54,717 nt of DNA from a virus (taxonomy: Duplodnaviria > Caudoviricetes). The notes beneath the pieces are model-generated. The model saw nothing but the letters and a program-made list of their open reading frames with translations, was not told where the DNA came from and searched no databases. The translations under genes were made by a program, and so were the position numbers. Below, one piece after another: positions 52,227 through 54,717 of the stretch; within the stretch, counting starts at the first letter, position 1; the number at the start of each line of letters is the position of its first letter. The stretch is from positions 1-54,717 of the IMG/VR virus record IMGVR_UViG_3300043570_000565; one strand, 5' to 3'.

Positions 52227-54717
52227 ATGGCAAAGATAAGTACATACCCAATACTATCAACACCTACAGTCAATGACATATTAATTGGAACTGATGTAGA
52301 TGACTTGAATATCACCAAGAACTTCTCGATAGGTTCGATAATAGGGATAGTTGGTAATCAGTTTGTGCCATACACTGGTGCAACTGGGAATGTAAACTTA
52401 GGTGCTTTCAGCATTACTGCCGATTCTTTTATTGTTGCAGGAGGACTTGCTACTCAGTTTGTAAAGGCTGATGGAAGCCTAGACAGCACAGTCTATGTAC
52501 CTGCTAGCAGAACACTTACGATCAATTCTGTAACATTTGATTTAAGTGCTAACAGATCTTGGGATCTAAACACAATTAATTCTTTAACAACCACTGGTAC
52601 AAGCGGTCCTGCCACCTATATTGGCAAGACTCTTAATATTCCACAGTACCAGGCTCAGGGCAACTACATCACTCAGCTTAGTGGTGAGGCTACTGCTATG
52701 GGCCCGGGTAACGCTACAGTTACATTAAGCAACCTGGCTGTAATCAGCAAGATACTAACAGGGTTGAATATTACTGGTGGTACTATTGTCGATACAGACA
52801 GCATCCTTACAGCATTTGGCAAGGTACAAAACCAGCTAAATGGATTAACTGGTGGGGTTACTTACCAAGGAACTTGGAACGCTGCTACTAACACGCCAAC
52901 TTTAACTAGTTCAGTAGGAACAAAGGGATACTACTACGTAGTAAATGTTGCAGGTAGTACCAACCTAAATGGTATTACTGACTGGAAGCTTGGTGATTGG
53001 GCCATCTTTAATGGCTCGACTTGGGAGAAGGTAGACAATACCGATGCAGTCGTTAGTGTTAACGGCTACACGGGTGCTGTTGTGCTTACGTTCAGTGATG
53101 TCGGAGCACCTCCAGCAACAAGAAATCTTACTATCAATGGAGTCCAGTTTGACTTGACTGCCGATAGAACATGGACGGTAGGTGATGTACGTACAGACCA
53201 GAGCTATGCTAACCCGACATGGATTACTGCACTTGCATGGTCCAAGATTACAGGAACACCTACTACTCTTGCAGGGTACGGCATTACTGATGGTGCTTTA
53301 AAGACAACTACACTTACTATAAACGGTGTAACATTTGACTTGTCTGCTAATAGGAGTTGGAGTGTAGGTACAGTTACGTCAATTGCCACAACTGGACCGC
53401 TTACAGGAGGAACTATTACAGGTTCAGGCACAATTGGAATCACACAGGCAGGTGCAAGCTCAGATGGATATCTATCTAGCACTGACTGGAACACGTTTAA
53501 CAACAAGCAGAACGCATTAACCAATCCTGTAACAGGGACTGGTACGATTTTTACTTTGCCCATGTGGGGTGGTGCTACATCTTTGATCGATAGCCCACTA
53601 TCCTATGGATCAGATAACTTTAACTTTCAGTACAATAGTGCAACTGGTGGATCAGTAACCTTTACGAATAGTGGGTTGACTGCTTATGCGTACACTATAC
53701 AGATGAACAACTTCGGTTCTCCTAGATCAACTGTACATGGCTACACTGATGGGATTGTCGTTCAATCTATAGCTGGAACTCAGGTATCTAGGATGTTTGC
53801 CAATGGTAATCTAATTCTAGGTACAGGTACTGTAGAGACTGGTCATAAGCTAACTATTAGTGGAGACTTATTTGTAAATACAATTATTAATGCTGTCACA
53901 GATACAGATAGATTTATTGTAAGTGATGGAGGAATAATTAAGTACAGAACAGGTGCTCAGTTATTAAGTGACATTGGAGCACAGGGTTCTTTGACTTTAA
54001 CTACAACAGGCACAAGTGGAGCGGCAACATTAATTGGCAATACATTAAATATCCCTCAGTACACTGACCAATTTGTAGGTACGGTTACTAGTGTAGGGCT
54101 TAGTATGCCTATTGCATTTACTGTATCAAACAGCCCTGTAACAAGTGCTGGTACACTTACTGTTGTAGGTGCAGGTTTAGCATCTCAGTATGTTAGAGGT
54201 GATGGTACTCTTGGAGACTTTCCAAGTGGCGGAGGTGGCGGAGGCTCATCTGTATCTTACTACTTAAATGGCTCTATAAATCAAGGGACATTTGCAGGCA
54301 ACACGTACTATGAGATGAGTAAGGTTCCAGTATTTGGAGCTGGCACTGATTTTAATATTGCTACAGATGGATACGTTGCTCAGTTTATTACTGATGCCAA
54401 TGACCCTGAATCATTATTAATTCCAGCAGGAAACTGGAACTTTGAGCTTTATTTCTCTGCATCATCTAGTGGGGGGACTCCATCATTCTATGTTGAGTTG
54501 TATAAGTACGATGGTACCACATTCACTTTGATTGCAGACAACTCTGCTAACCCTGAGTTGATTGCTTTTGGAACTATCATCAATCCTTACTTCTCACCAC
54601 TGGCTGTTCCTGAGACTGTGTTGGCTATTACTGATAGACTTGCTATTAGAGTGTATGTCAATAACTCAGGAAGAACAATTACGCTACATACTGAGAATAG
54701 TCACCTTTGCCAAATCA
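52227..54717 (+). CDS. Tail fibre protein (3'-truncated; absent from the ORF track)
   Basis: ATG at 52227 and the frame matches at the window end; Gly/Thr-rich; VPYTGATGNVNLG, YQGTWNAATNTP, three LTINxVxFDLxAxRxW and two TTTGTSGxAT...LNIPQY repeats. Confidence 0.85.
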   Translation, partial: MAKISTYPILSTPTVNDILIGTDVDDLNITKNFSIGSIIGIVGNQFVPYTGATGNVNLGAFSITADSFIVAGGLATQFVKADGSLDSTVYVPASRTLTINSVTFDLSANRSWDLNTINSLTTTGTSGPATYIGKTLNIPQYQAQGNYITQLSGEATAMGPGNATVTLSNLAVISKILTGLNITGGTIVDTDSILTAFGKVQNQLNGLTGGVTYQGTWNAATNTPTLTSSVGTKGYYYVVNVAGSTNLNGITDWKLGDWAIFNGSTWEKVDNTDAVVSVNGYTGAVVLTFSDVGAPPATRNLTINGVQFDLTADRTWTVGDVRTDQSYANPTWITALAWSKITGTPTTLAGYGITDGALKTTTLTINGVTFDLSANRSWSVGTVTSIATTGPLTGGTITGSGTIGITQAGASSDGYLSSTDWNTFNNKQNALTNPVTGTGTIFTLPMWGGATSLIDSPLSYGSDNFNFQYNSATGGSVTFTNSGLTAYAYTIQMNNFGSPRSTVHGYTDGIVVQSIAGTQVSRMFANGNLILGTGTVETGHKLTISGDLFVNTIINAVTDTDRFIVSDGGIIKYRTGAQLLSDIGAQGSLTLTTTGTSGAATLIGNTLNIPQYTDQFVGTVTSVGLSMPIAFTVSNSPVTSAGTLTVVGAGLASQYVRGDGTLGDFPSGGGGGGSSVSYYLNGSINQGTFAGNTYYEMSKVPVFGAGTDFNIATDGYVAQFITDANDPESLLIPAGNWNFELYFSASSSGGTPSFYVELYKYDGTTFTLIADNSANPELIAFGTIINPYFSPLAVPETVLAITDRLAIRVYVNNSGRTITLHTENSHLCQI

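Noticed and set aside
1713-53563. Many short antisense or out-of-frame ORFs nested in long genes (e.g. 4468..4737, 24133..24531, 29946..30374, 44040..44396, 53204..53563)
   Set aside because: Shadow ORFs of well-supported genes, with no independent motifs or start signals.
1-54717. Alternative genetic code (stop-codon reassignment)
   Set aside because: Long genes translate intact in code 11, and TAG, TGA and TAA all end genes at sensible boundaries.
1-54717. Integrase, repressor/lysogeny module or host chromosomal flank
   Set aside because: None recognised; groEL and groES are divergent and embedded among phage genes, so they are not host DNA.

Overview
This window is most of the genome of a tailed dsDNA phage with podovirus-type organisation. 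The host is almost certainly a Bacteroidota species: at least 10 intergenic TAnnTTTG -7 promoter boxes and A-rich, Shine-Dalgarno-free start regions. Bases 1-27.8 kb (+) carry packaging and virion genes: terminase large subunit C-terminus, portal, scaffold, major capsid, ring/adaptor proteins, a split muzzle-like protein, and ejection proteins including a 3054-aa polyvalent protein. Bases 27.8-41.7 kb (-) carry replication and recombination genes (VRR-NUC, SF2 helicase, primase-helicase, SSB-like, RecE-like nuclease, Sak3-like SSAP), then many small early genes. The 41.7-42.2 kb stretch is a divergent non-coding, terminus-like region. Bases 42.2-54.7 kb are mostly (+): GroEL, GroES, small basic proteins, the lysis cassette and a truncated tail fibre. 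No DNA polymerase, RNA polymerase, integrase, reverse transcriptase or CRISPR array was seen. The most notable items are: (1) a PAS-sensor/coiled-coil/2-TM protein translationally coupled between a holin-like gene and the endolysin; (2) a type I hammerhead ribozyme and tRNA-like elements at gene junctions of the minus-strand transcript; (3) a ~230-bp non-coding array of back-to-back, mutually different operator-like palindromes; (4) absence of ACG on one strand over ~4.9 kb of the early region; (5) a duplicated origin-like element. All family assignments come from motif recognition by eye; no database searches were run.
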